A stretch of DNA of 64,000 nucleotides from an uncultured bacterium. Lineage in GTDB: Bacteria; Babelota; Babeliae; Babelales; JABCYS01. Both the position numbers and the translations under genes were made by a program. The stretch covers positions 128,001-192,000 of the forward strand of contig CAVPKK010000003.1 of the NCBI GenBank assembly GCA_963705705.1. The letters are read 5' to 3'. This document shows positions 17,304-26,722 of this stretch, one piece after another; positions within the stretch are counted from its first letter, which is position 1, and each line of letters begins with the position of its first letter. The notes below the pieces were generated by a model. It saw nothing but the letters and a program-made list of their open reading frames with translations. It was not told where the DNA came from and did not search any database.

Positions 17304-20195
17304 ATGCGTAAATGGCTTGGTTTTTTCTTTCGTTTCTTATTCGCAATATTTCTTGGCGGATGCATTGCGCTATTTATTATTCAACGTGATGAACGATTTA
17401 AGCATACTGTTGAAGGGCACATTAAAGAGTTCTTTAAGACAAGTTATGCAGCTGATATTTCTTGCAAAGTGACCGGCATTAATTTATTGCGGCCTTCTCT
17501 TACCGTCGAATCAGTAGTGGTAACGCCAACAAGTACCGATGATACGAGCTGGCGGTGGACTGCGCGGGGTGGTACCGTATCATCATCTTGGCTTAAAATG
17601 TTGCTTGCTCGGGCGATGCCAATTACGGTTGAAATAGAAGATGCGCGCGCAGATTCAGCTGTTATTGGTAGACAACCTGCAATACTCGAACATCTGAATC
17701 GCTTGTTTGCGCTTCCGGATGTTGGCATACCTGTATTTTTGAAAAAGATTCATCTTGCTAAATCATTTTTCCGCCTGGCCAATGCCAAGATGGAACTGCT
17801 TTGTCCATTACAAGCCGTTTTGGAACGTGTCGAGAATGCAACAAAATTAACCTGCTATCCAACCGATAGTACGATTTTGTATCAGCAGATACCGTATGCA
17901 CAAGATGTACAAGGTACTGTGTTGCTGGAGTTTATGGATAATGAAGCATCTCCGTATATTAATATTTCCCTTACGGGTAAGTTGCCAATATTAGCTCCCG
18001 AGCAAACCAGCTGCTTCTGCTATGGCTCGTGGCAACAGGGCCGTGGAGCTTTTTCATTGCATAATGCTGACCGCTCATTTGTTATTGATCCCCTTAATAT
18101 TGATAGTGATTCTAATATTGATGTTGCACTGTCTGCCCCAATCGCTTGCATGCAGAAAATTGCTACTTCAAAACAAGGTGCTGCCTCATGCACTGGACGT
18201 TGCTCAGCGCACATTGTGGCAAATCTATTGGATCCGCTTCATACGCTACGCGCAGATTGTTCGTTGCATGATGCATCTATTAAAGGTATCAATTTGCCGA
18301 CAACCCAGTTTGTTATAAGTGCCGACAAAAACCGTAAAAATGAACATGCTGGATTAGCCCACGGCATCATTGATATACAAATACCTAATGCAGCATTTAG
18401 TGGCTCTTGGCAATGGAATGATCTTACCGGTGGCAACCTTTCCATGATCAATAATAAGATAATGCAGGTGCCATTGAGCAGATATTGGCAACTTCTACCT
18501 GGCCAGCTGGAAATGCAAGCATCGGTAGATCATCAGGGAACTGCGACGATCGGTGTTGCGTGCACTCTTAAGAATGACCGCTTTGGAACTACAATGAAAA
18601 GTAATGGCAACCTCATCATGCAGGGCACGGAACTGAGTGGTAAGCTTAATTTTGGCCCATCTCCGGATGCTAATAATATATCAGGATCGCCTCAAGCTAA
18701 GAATTTGGCGCTGGGTAAGAATGGAAAAAAGTCACAACGCGCTGGTAATGGGAATCATCGGGAAAATAAAGTTGCGTTTACTGCCGATTTAGCACAGCGA
18801 AAAATTACTCATGCTGCATATCATGATGAAAAGGGGACATGCCTGGCGAAAATTGATTTTCAAGATGGTAAAAATAAAAGTTGGAAAGGATTCTTCGATT
18901 ACCAGCTAATTCTTTCTCTTTTGCCACAGAAGATTCGAGATGAACTTAATGGCCAAGGAATTTTTAATATAAACCTTGAGCGGACGGGCAACAGTCAGTT
19001 AATCAAAGGTTCGATATCGTTGGCCGGGGCTGCGATTAAATTGCCACAATTGTATAACTTTATTACTGCGTTTAATGCTGGTGTGCAGATAGATGCTGCA
19101 AAGCGCACGATTGCAATCAATGACCTTGATCTAAAATTCAATCGTGGTGCACTGTATAGTAAACGATTGAGTTGCCATTTAAATGATCATTACGTGCCTT
19201 CATTTATATATGCACCAATTATTATCGAAGATCTATTTGTAAGTTGGCATCATGATATCTTCGGCATTCTCTCGGGCATGATGACCTTTGAGACGCCTAT
19301 TCGCTCTGCCACGCAGACGCAAAATGCTCCTGGGCAATCACTTCTTAAAGGCTTACTCTTTATTGATCGCACACAAATTAATATCGGCAATATTTTTAAT
19401 CAGCAAAGTATAAGCCCACTGGCTACCTCAGTGCCTGTTCCGGGAAATGATGATGTTCAGCTTGATATCGCTCTTAAAACGCGTGATCATTGCACAATAC
19501 AAACAGGCGTTGTAGATGCACGAGCAAAAGCAGATCTGACTATTGGCGGTCAACTACAACAACCGGTTATTTCTGGCAGCATTGATGTGCTTTCGGGTGA
19601 ACTTAAATTTCCATATAAACCATTGCATATTACGCACGGCAAACTTTATTTCTTGCCAAACCAGCTCCAGGATCCTCTTATCGAAATAACTGCAAAAAAT
19701 AAAATAAAAAAATACCAAGTAACATTACAAATAAATGGCTCAGCTCAGTCACCACACATTCACGTAGAATCTGATCCAACGCTTACTGAAGAACAAGTTC
19801 TCGCATTGTTATTTGCCGGCGTAGAAGACAGTTCGCTCAATGTGCTTATGCCAACGTTGGTGACGCAAAGCATGCAGCAAGTGATGTTTGGCCAAAATGG
19901 ATCTACGCAACCAACCAATGCGGTTACAAGCTATCTTAAATCATGGTTGAAGCCGCTAGCACACGTTCGCATTGTGCCTCGTTTTAATGATGAAGGCGGT
20001 CGTGGCGGTTTGCGCGGCGCAATCGAAATTGAAGTAAGCGAAGATTTTGAAGCAATGATTGAAAAAAACTTTAGCTTGCCCGAAGATTATAAAATCAATG
20101 TTGAATACTCGATCTCAGATGATGTAAGCATCCGCGGCATAAGAGATGAGCGCGGCGACTTCGGTGGCGAAATGGAACTCCGCTGGAAATTCTAG
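17304..20195 (+). CDS. tamB: TamB/DUF490-family translocation and assembly protein
   Basis: N-terminal TM, beta-rich body, C-terminal DLTIGG...P.ISG...SDPTL.EEQVLALL and terminal ELRWKF. Confidence 0.8.
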   Translation: MRKWLGFFFRFLFAIFLGGCIALFIIQRDERFKHTVEGHIKEFFKTSYAADISCKVTGINLLRPSLTVESVVVTPTSTDDTSWRWTARGGTVSSSWLKMLLARAMPITVEIEDARADSAVIGRQPAILEHLNRLFALPDVGIPVFLKKIHLAKSFFRLANAKMELLCPLQAVLERVENATKLTCYPTDSTILYQQIPYAQDVQGTVLLEFMDNEASPYINISLTGKLPILAPEQTSCFCYGSWQQGRGAFSLHNADRSFVIDPLNIDSDSNIDVALSAPIACMQKIATSKQGAASCTGRCSAHIVANLLDPLHTLRADCSLHDASIKGINLPTTQFVISADKNRKNEHAGLAHGIIDIQIPNAAFSGSWQWNDLTGGNLSMINNKIMQVPLSRYWQLLPGQLEMQASVDHQGTATIGVACTLKNDRFGTTMKSNGNLIMQGTELSGKLNFGPSPDANNISGSPQAKNLALGKNGKKSQRAGNGNHRENKVAFTADLAQRKITHAAYHDEKGTCLAKIDFQDGKNKSWKGFFDYQLILSLLPQKIRDELNGQGIFNINLERTGNSQLIKGSISLAGAAIKLPQLYNFITAFNAGVQIDAAKRTIAINDLDLKFNRGALYSKRLSCHLNDHYVPSFIYAPIIIEDLFVSWHHDIFGILSGMMTFETPIRSATQTQNAPGQSLLKGLLFIDRTQINIGNIFNQQSISPLATSVPVPGNDDVQLDIALKTRDHCTIQTGVVDARAKADLTIGGQLQQPVISGSIDVLSGELKFPYKPLHITHGKLYFLPNQLQDPLIEITAKNKIKKYQVTLQINGSAQSPHIHVESDPTLTEEQVLALLFAGVEDSSLNVLMPTLVTQSMQQVMFGQNGSTQPTNAVTSYLKSWLKPLAHVRIVPRFNDEGGRGGLRGAIEIEVSEDFEAMIEKNFSLPEDYKINVEYSISDDVSIRGIRDERGDFGGEMELRWKF

Positions 20196-20243
20196 GGCAC
20201 GCCCTAGAACCCATTACGCAATCATCGGCTTCGTAGGCGAGTC
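20190..20243 (+). repeat. family D repeat, copy 2
   Basis: ttctagggcacgccctagaa...cgtaggcgagtc overlapping the tamB stop codon. Confidence 0.7.
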
Positions 20244-20325
20244 ATTTTTATTTTCGCAAAACACTTCGATGAGTGGATCGAGTCTATTGAAAAAAAATAT
20301 TGCATAGTGTTATGATATAGCCAAC

Positions 20326-20359
20326 AAAAAGGGTCGCATGGAGGGTTTACCCTCCATAT
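20326..20359 (-). repeat. partial family C repeat
   Basis: Reverse complement atatggagggtaaaccctccatgcgacccttttt matches the 3' hairpin of the copies at 26600 and 41627. Confidence 0.55.
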
Positions 20360-20396
20360 GAAAAGATACGCAAGCAATACCTTAAGGAGAGTTCGC

Positions 20397-21068
20397 ATGC
20401 ATAAATTACTATCAATTCTACTGCTACTACCCATATCATTATTCGCAGCTTGGGACGATCCAGACAAAGACAACTTTTTCTGCCGACTCAATCCATTATG
20501 GTCATGGAGCAAAGCACAAAAAGAATGCGAACGTATTCCCGATGGCCAAACCAAATCACCAGTGCAGCAATTAGATGAATTTCTCGAATTAGCAGAATGT
20601 TGGGAAGCCAATGGATTTGATCCAAATGAACCTTCAGAACTGCTTTGTCAGCGATGTACTGGATTTGCGATCGAGCGAATACTTGCGGCCTATGAAAAAT
20701 CTTTATTGCATCGCAACTTATTAACTGATCAGGATATTGAACTGCTTGAAAAGATTAAGGTTGCTGCTCATGTTCGGAACCCAGCTGATCCCAAAAAGGG
20801 ATTTTTTGAATTTTGGCTCAAGCAAAAAATTGGTGGTCCAATAAAGCTAGATGAGGGTACGGCAGGAACTTTTGGCATGATAGATAGAGTTGATGAAGCA
20901 CTCAACACTGGCAAGGAGAATATTGAGCGTGCTGCAATGTTGCCGAAAATTCTGCTTATGAGCAGCGCACTGGTTGGGATTGGTTATTGGATATTTTTGC
21001 GATATGAATCTGAATTAGAAAGCGCAGCGCATGCAGTAGGGTCGGGGGCCAGAGACATTGTATCATGA
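20397..21068 (+). CDS. hypothetical secreted/membrane-anchored protein, probably frameshifted near its 3' end
   Basis: AAGGAG RBS, signal peptide MHKLLSILLLLPISLFA, C-terminal TM; +1 frame continues to 21174. Confidence 0.75.
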   Translation: MHKLLSILLLLPISLFAAWDDPDKDNFFCRLNPLWSWSKAQKECERIPDGQTKSPVQQLDEFLELAECWEANGFDPNEPSELLCQRCTGFAIERILAAYEKSLLHRNLLTDQDIELLEKIKVAAHVRNPADPKKGFFEFWLKQKIGGPIKLDEGTAGTFGMIDRVDEALNTGKENIERAAMLPKILLMSSALVGIGYWIFLRYESELESAAHAVGSGARDIVS

Positions 21069-21160
21069 GGCTGGGCATGCAGTACAGGTGGCAAATCAAC
21101 AAGTACAAAATGCGGAACATGCAATCCAACATGCAGTGCAACAAGGAGTGGAGAAGATTG

Positions 21161-21733
21161 ATGATAAGTTTTAGGCAATTATTTTTTGCATCAACCATAT
21201 TTTTCTTTCAACTTGATGCTATCGAAGTCTACTTCTCGCCACATGGCAATATTGAATCTAAGATCGTCAAATATATTGGAAAAGAACAGCGCAGTCTTAA
21301 GGCAGCATTATATTGGTTTACCAGTGAACCAATTGCCCGCGCTCTCATCGCGGCGAAAAAACGTGGTGTAGAAATAGAATTGATCGTTGATCATGATACG
21401 GTAACGGGTGTCGCCGGAAAGGCTGATGAGATTGCACAAGAGGGAATTCCCGTATTTGTATACAATGGCGGCAATGCGAGCATCATGCATCATAAATTTT
21501 GGATTTTTAGTGATGGCACTCTTATTACCGGTTCATTTAATCCTACGCAACGTGCAAATAAAGCCAATCATGAGAATATTATTATTATTGAAGATCCTGC
21601 TGTTGCATCACAATATGAACAAGAATTTGATCGATTGAAAAAAGTTTGCGCACCCTACAGCAAGCGCCGTTCAAGATCGAATTGGCCAACATTTCGGATT
21701 GATAAGACAATTTGTGAATGGCTTGGTTTTTAG
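21161..21733 (+). CDS. single-HKD phospholipase D/Nuc-family protein
   Basis: VYFSP, ALYWFT, AKKRGV, MHHKFWIFSD...TGSFN...NHEN; signal peptide from ATG 21161. Confidence 0.88.
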   Translation: MISFRQLFFASTIFFFQLDAIEVYFSPHGNIESKIVKYIGKEQRSLKAALYWFTSEPIARALIAAKKRGVEIELIVDHDTVTGVAGKADEIAQEGIPVFVYNGGNASIMHHKFWIFSDGTLITGSFNPTQRANKANHENIIIIEDPAVASQYEQEFDRLKKVCAPYSKRRSRSNWPTFRIDKTICEWLGF

Positions 21734-21759
21734 GGTTAATCTGCTTTAGAAAAACAAAT

Positions 21760-22701
21760 CTAATTATTTCTAAGCTTTTGTATTAATTGCTGAAAATCAT
21801 CAGGAGCTGGTTCGGTAAATGAGAATGGTTCATTCTCGAATGCGAATGCTAAAGCTGTAGCATGCAATGCTTGTCGCGAAATAAATTTACTGGTAATTCC
21901 ATACACCGCATCGCCAAGCAATGGATGGCCGATAGCAGCAAAATGCACACGAATTTGGTGAGTTCTGCCGGTGACAGGTTTTACCTCTACTAGCGCCGCA
22001 TCTTTAAATCGTTCCAAAACCCGATAATACGTCGTCGCAGCGCGACCGGTAATGCGCCATTTCTCAGCCATCGCTTGATCAACGTGCGTCATGCGATTTT
22101 TCATAGTTGGATGCCGCGCTATAGGATATGAAATAACCCCCTCATCAACTGGCTGACTCCTAACAATTGCAACATACGTCTTTTGCATATAACGCGACTT
22201 AAATAGATCACCGAAGATTGTATGTGCATAATTATTGCGTGGTATAACCATCAACCCGGAAGTGTTTTTATCCAGACGATGTACAATACCTGGGCGGTCG
22301 GGCTTGCCAACGGCCGCCACTTCTTGAAATTTTTTTAGTAACCAGTCGACCAACGTGATGGCATTAGCTTCAGGCAATGGTGCATGGACCATCAATCCGG
22401 CGGGCTTATATATAATGTAAAATTGCGGATGCTCGAAAACAATACGGACACCAAGATCGCCTTCAAATGGCTTTGGTATTCCTAGGGGAGGCAATGGCGG
22501 GATAAAAATCGTTATTTCTTCCTGGCCCTTCAATATATAGCTTGGTTTTTCAACGACCATGCCATTTGCTTGTACATGGCCATCAAAAACAAGTTTCTGA
22601 AAATAGGTACGAGAATAGGCTGGAAATTTTTTTACTAAAAAAAGATCAACACGTTGATTTGCTTCATCAACAATGACTGAAAATGTATGGTTGATTTGCA
22701 T
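21760..22701 (-). CDS. RluA/RluD-family pseudouridine synthase
   Basis: S4-like N-terminus, KPAGLMVH, GIVHRLDKNTSG, TGRTHQIRVH. Confidence 0.95.
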   Translation of the reverse strand: MQINHTFSVIVDEANQRVDLFLVKKFPAYSRTYFQKLVFDGHVQANGMVVEKPSYILKGQEEITIFIPPLPPLGIPKPFEGDLGVRIVFEHPQFYIIYKPAGLMVHAPLPEANAITLVDWLLKKFQEVAAVGKPDRPGIVHRLDKNTSGLMVIPRNNYAHTIFGDLFKSRYMQKTYVAIVRSQPVDEGVISYPIARHPTMKNRMTHVDQAMAEKWRITGRAATTYYRVLERFKDAALVEVKPVTGRTHQIRVHFAAIGHPLLGDAVYGITSKFISRQALHATALAFAFENEPFSFTEPAPDDFQQLIQKLRNN

Positions 22702-22809
22702 AGTAACGCCCCAATTTTTATCGGTTTTTTATTAAATATACGTATATAAATTGGCTAGGCAAATGCCCTGGACACCTTTAAGCCATTAAGCTACATTCCA
22801 CAGACTTAG

Positions 22810-22853
22810 CCTTTCGATACATTTGACCTTGGGTCAAATACTCAGAATGAGCG
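22810..22853 (-). repeat. family A' repeat
   Basis: cctttcgatacatttgaccttgggtcaaatactcagaatgagcg with inner stem tttgacc/ggtcaaa. Confidence 0.8.
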
Positions 22854-22864
22854 TTAGGACGAAT

Positions 22865-24235
22865 ATGCCAACGATTATACCAGAACACTTATTCGAAGAG
22901 ATTAAGGATAATTTATCAGCCGTGGTAAAAAAGGAGCCTGATATAGGTTTACACCTATGGGAGGCTTTAACAGAGTTGCATTCGGCCGATATATCAACCT
23001 TTCTTGAAAGCCTTGAACATGATCAGGTTCGCGCTTTGTATCTTACTTTCCCACCTGAATTACAACTCGATGTTTTTCAAGATCTTCCGGATTCACTCAA
23101 GGTGTATTGTCTCTCATTCCTTGACGATCACCATAGAACATTAATATTAAATGGTACGCCCCTTGACGAGCTGACCGACTTATTTGATATTCTGCCTGAC
23201 GAGGAGCTCAAAAAGTACCTTCGGCTCCTGCATAAGACTGATCGCGATGCCATTCTTTCATTATTAAATTTCGATCCCGAGTCAGCCGGCGGTATCATGG
23301 AAACCGATGTGCTTTCCTTGATGGAAGATTACACAGTTGAGAAGAGTGTGCGCGTATTGCAGCGTTTACAGCCAGAGGCAGAGCTGCATCGACGTATTTT
23401 TGTGACAGACCAGGCTAATAGATTAGTGGGCTATATCAATCTTGAAGATTTGGTACTAAAAGCACCGCAAACACGTATTTCCAGCTTCATGCAAAAAAAT
23501 GAGTTTGTGGTTAATGTGTATGAGGATCAGGAGAAGGTCGCTCGCGATATGATGCACTACGGCTTGGAATGGGTGGCAGTCGTAGACGATAATAATATGT
23601 TCTTGGGTATGATTTCATCAGATAGATTGGTTGATGTACTTGAGCATGAGGCGAGCGAAGACGTCTACAAAATGGCCACGATGGCGCCCATCAAAAAGCC
23701 CTATTTTGATACCAGTTTTGGTCGTTTAGTGCTAGAGCGGAGCTGGGTACTTATTGTTCTTCTCATCGCGCAGACCTTTTCAAGCTATATCATTGAGTCA
23801 TACCAAGGATTGTTGGCCGGTTTTCTCATGTTCTTTTTGCCTATGCTTATTTCGGCCGGTGGCAATGCAAGCAGTCAAACATCTGCCATTGCTATTCAAG
23901 GCTCAGCATCAGGTGAGATTCATGCGGGTAATATGTATAAGTTTATTAAGCGTGAATTTATGATCGGGTGCATCATTGCAGTGACACTTGGTTTTTTCTC
24001 ATTCGGTCGTATTATCTTTATGTATGGCACAGAAAAAATGTTGGCTGCAATTGCCGTGAGTTCTTCATTGACGGTGATCGTTTTGGTTTCGGTGCTACTC
24101 GGTTCATATTTCCCATTCTTACTCAAGCGGTTGAACCTTGACCCTGCCTTCTCGGCTGGACCTGGTTTGGCCACGGTCATGGATATCCTTGGCCTGCTTA
24201 TCTACTGTTACGTAAGTCGATTACTCCTCAGTTAA
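22865..24235 (+). CDS. mgtE: magnesium transporter MgtE
   Basis: SAGGIM, CBS pair, GGNASSQ, DPAFSAGP..AT..D. Confidence 0.93.
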   Translation: MPTIIPEHLFEEIKDNLSAVVKKEPDIGLHLWEALTELHSADISTFLESLEHDQVRALYLTFPPELQLDVFQDLPDSLKVYCLSFLDDHHRTLILNGTPLDELTDLFDILPDEELKKYLRLLHKTDRDAILSLLNFDPESAGGIMETDVLSLMEDYTVEKSVRVLQRLQPEAELHRRIFVTDQANRLVGYINLEDLVLKAPQTRISSFMQKNEFVVNVYEDQEKVARDMMHYGLEWVAVVDDNNMFLGMISSDRLVDVLEHEASEDVYKMATMAPIKKPYFDTSFGRLVLERSWVLIVLLIAQTFSSYIIESYQGLLAGFLMFFLPMLISAGGNASSQTSAIAIQGSASGEIHAGNMYKFIKREFMIGCIIAVTLGFFSFGRIIFMYGTEKMLAAIAVSSSLTVIVLVSVLLGSYFPFLLKRLNLDPAFSAGPGLATVMDILGLLIYCYVSRLLLS

Positions 24236-24239
24236 GCAA

Positions 24240-24271
24240 TAAAAAAAGCACCCTCAAAAAGAAGGTGCTTA
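24240..24271. terminator. probable bidirectional intrinsic terminator between mgtE and the tRNAs
   Basis: A-tract then aagcacc...ggtgctt hairpin. Confidence 0.6.
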
Positions 24272-24275
24272 ATCT

Positions 24276-24351
24276 TGGCGTCCCCACCGAGATTTGAACT
24301 CGGGTTCCTACCGTGAAAGGGTAGTGTCCTAGACCACTAGACGATGAGGAC
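24276..24351 (-). tRNA. tRNA-Glu(TTC), CCA encoded
   Basis: gtcctcatcgtctagtggtctaggacactaccctTTCacggtaggaacccgagttcaaatctcggtggggacgcca cloverleaf. Confidence 0.96.
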
Positions 24352-24366
24352 CAATTCTACTAAAAA

Positions 24367-24439
24367 TGAGCCGCGATGGACTCGAACCATCGACCCACAG
24401 CTTAAAAGGCTGTTGCTCTACCACCTGAGCTAGCGGCTC
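24367..24439 (-). tRNA. tRNA-Lys(TTT), CCA not encoded
   Basis: gagccgctagctcaggtggtagagcaacagcctTTTaagctgtgggtcgatggttcgagtccatcgcggctca cloverleaf. Confidence 0.96.
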
Positions 24440-24480
24440 CTATTACTTACAAAACAATTTTAATGAAAAGTGCGATACAA

Positions 24481-24507
24481 ACTATAGGGAGCGGGCCCCT
24501 TTGTCAA
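24481..24507 (-). promoter_or_regulatory. putative sigma70 promoter of the tRNA pair
   Basis: TTGACA-15 nt-TATAGT on the minus strand (short spacer). Confidence 0.5.
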
Positions 24508-24546
24508 GATAATCCTTAATTTACCGGCATTTTCCCCATGTTCGCG

Positions 24547-24581
24547 CCGCTCGTATCCTTCGACAGGCTCAGGACGAGCGG
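24547..24581 (-). repeat. minimal family A repeat, flanked by 20-bp direct repeats (24504-24523, 24589-24608)
   Basis: ccgctcgtatccttcgacaggctcaggacgagcgg. Confidence 0.88.
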
Positions 24582-24620
24582 ATTCTTCTCAAGATAATCC
24601 TTAATTTAAGGGCGTTTCGC

Positions 24621-26537
24621 CTACACACGCCTTTTGAATTTCCGTTCAATTTCCGACAAGTTCAATAGCCAGCTAGTTGGCCGGCCATGAGGGCAGGTGA
24701 GTCTATTAGGGGCCGCCTGCAAATCCACCAACAGTTGGTCAATCTGCTCCTTACTCAGTTTGTCCCCCGCCTTAACAGCCGCTTTGCATGCCATCATTGC
24801 CCGCATCTGATGAATAATTTTGAGTTTAAGCTGTTCCCTATCCAGGTTTTGATTTTCATATACCCAACTAACAAGCTCTTTGAGAAGATCTTGAATATCA
24901 ATTCGTTTGCTAGCCATCGGAAGGGCGGTGACTATTAACTGAGCAGCTCCGACCTGCTCAATCTCGATCCCTTCCGCCTGGAGTACAGGTAGATACTGAG
25001 TTAGTACGCTGATGTCTTCGGAAGACATTTGTACCACCTGAGGGAAAACTAACTTGGTGGGTGTTTGTTCATCGAACCGCTGCAGGAACCGTTCAAATAA
25101 AATCCGCTCGTGCGCCGCATGCTGATCTACAATGAGCAATCCATTGGGATGATCAAGTAATATGTAGGTATCATTGAACTGGCCTATAAGGTTGTGGGTT
25201 TCGAAAGAAAGTAATGAGTCGGCGGTAAGTAAAGTGTCAGGATTATTAGACGGGGGTATGTGGCCCCGTTCATCCTGAGGATTCGACAGGCTCATTTTCG
25301 CGCTTTGATTCTTCGATCCTTCGACGGGCTCAGGAGTAAACTTCGACTTTGTCGAACTCAGAACGAGCGCGTTCAAGCCAGTTTGAGATGCCAGTGCATC
25401 GGTGGAACTATTTTGCGCAGCAAAATGTACGCTTCCATCTTGCTCAGGCCTAGCGGGATCTTCCACTCGCTTTGAAATGGATCCAGCTCCAAATACATCA
25501 TCCGAAAAATCTGGCAGTATTTGCGTTTGCCTTTGCAACAATCTGCTAACTTTGTTCTGCAGCGCCGCCTGTACAGTCATCTGTATAGCCTGTTCCACCA
25601 TCCGTGGATGGGCAAACTGTACTTCTTCTTTCCTCGGGTGAACATTTATATCTACTTCAGCGGGTGGGACAGAAATTGAAACGCACGCAAACGGATATTT
25701 CCCGTGCGGTAACACATTGGCATAACCCCTAACCAGTGCGCGACCCAGCTGCTGATTTTTTACCCAACGCCTATTAGTAAAAAAGAATATTCTGCTGCGA
25801 TCAAAACGGTGATATTGATGATCAGAGATTATACCTTCTATTGAGATACCATTAACGGCATACGATATAGGTAAAATATGATTGCCTAATGATGGATCCC
25901 ATAATTGTAAGGCGCGTTCAGCTAGTGATGAGACTGGCGGGCAACGGTGTGTTAATGAATCGTTGTGGTAGAGCGTCCACGAAATTTCTGGATAATTAAG
26001 GGCAAAGCTTTGAAACAGCTGCAATATTTGATGCCACTCAGTTTCATTACTGCGCAAAAACTTTTTTCGTGCCGGTATATTAAAGAAAAGTGACTGTACC
26101 GTTATTGAACTACCGATGTTGCATGACGTTGACTCTTGGCTTGTCACCACCCCTGCGGCTAAAGATAATTTGATTCCCTCGAGACTATTCGGCTGTTTGG
26201 TTACTAATGTTACCTGGCTTACAGCTGCTATGCTCGAGAGTGCCTCGCCCCGAAATCCAAAAGTATTCACCTGAGGCAAGTCGAGTACCGATGTTAATTT
26301 GCTCGTGGCATGATGCTCAAAGCAATTCCGCGCATCTTCGGCATCCATGCCGCATCCATTATCAATGATTTGAATTGATTGTTTGCCGCCCTGGGCAATG
26401 CGAACTGTGATCTCGGTCGCCTGGGCATCAAGCGCATTTTCAATGAGCTCTTTAACGACGTTGGCGGGTCGTTCAACGACTTCGCCTGCGGCAATTTTAC
26501 TGATTTCTTCGGGTGCTAATTTTTTTATGCGTGGCAT
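24621..26537 (-). CDS. mutL: DNA mismatch repair protein MutL
   Basis: IAAGEVVERP, GFRGEALSSI, DINVHP, DQHAAHER, ACK, CPHGRP. Confidence 0.97.
   Translation of the reverse strand: MPRIKKLAPEEISKIAAGEVVERPANVVKELIENALDAQATEITVRIAQGGKQSIQIIDNGCGMDAEDARNCFEHHATSKLTSVLDLPQVNTFGFRGEALSSIAAVSQVTLVTKQPNSLEGIKLSLAAGVVTSQESTSCNIGSSITVQSLFFNIPARKKFLRSNETEWHQILQLFQSFALNYPEISWTLYHNDSLTHRCPPVSSLAERALQLWDPSLGNHILPISYAVNGISIEGIISDHQYHRFDRSRIFFFTNRRWVKNQQLGRALVRGYANVLPHGKYPFACVSISVPPAEVDINVHPRKEEVQFAHPRMVEQAIQMTVQAALQNKVSRLLQRQTQILPDFSDDVFGAGSISKRVEDPARPEQDGSVHFAAQNSSTDALASQTGLNALVLSSTKSKFTPEPVEGSKNQSAKMSLSNPQDERGHIPPSNNPDTLLTADSLLSFETHNLIGQFNDTYILLDHPNGLLIVDQHAAHERILFERFLQRFDEQTPTKLVFPQVVQMSSEDISVLTQYLPVLQAEGIEIEQVGAAQLIVTALPMASKRIDIQDLLKELVSWVYENQNLDREQLKLKIIHQMRAMMACKAAVKAGDKLSKEQIDQLLVDLQAAPNRLTCPHGRPTSWLLNLSEIERKFKRRV
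25263..25459. repeat. degenerate multi-module family A composite, in frame in the mutL linker
   Basis: cgttcatcctgagg, ttcgatccttcgacgggctcaggagtaaac, ctcagaacgagcg, ttttgcgcagcaaaatgta, gctcaggcctagcggg. Confidence 0.8.
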
Positions 26538-26599
26538 GGTGCATTACAAAGTTAAATTTATTTTGATTCGGCTTGATTCCGGATAGAAGCATCCAATCT

Positions 26600-26675
26600 A
26601 GGGTCCGTTCCCTCCCCTAGACCCCTCCCCACTTTCTCTTCGGAGGGAGAAATCCCTCCGTGCACCCTTTTTCTG
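26600..26675 (+). repeat. family C repeat
   Basis: agggtccgttccctcccct...cccctccc...cggaggg/ccctccg tgcaccc, shared with 41627-41710. Confidence 0.75.
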
Positions 26676-26722
26676 TAAGAGCAGGTCAATGACATTTCTA
26701 ATTTGTGAAATAATACCAGATT

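Noticed and set aside
21065..21160. N-terminal extension of the PLD ORF
   Set aside because: Better explained as the frameshifted tail of the upstream gene; the signal peptide starts at 21161.
22823..22864. mgtE N-terminal extension
   Set aside because: Derived from the A' repeat; ATG 22865 has an AGGA RBS.
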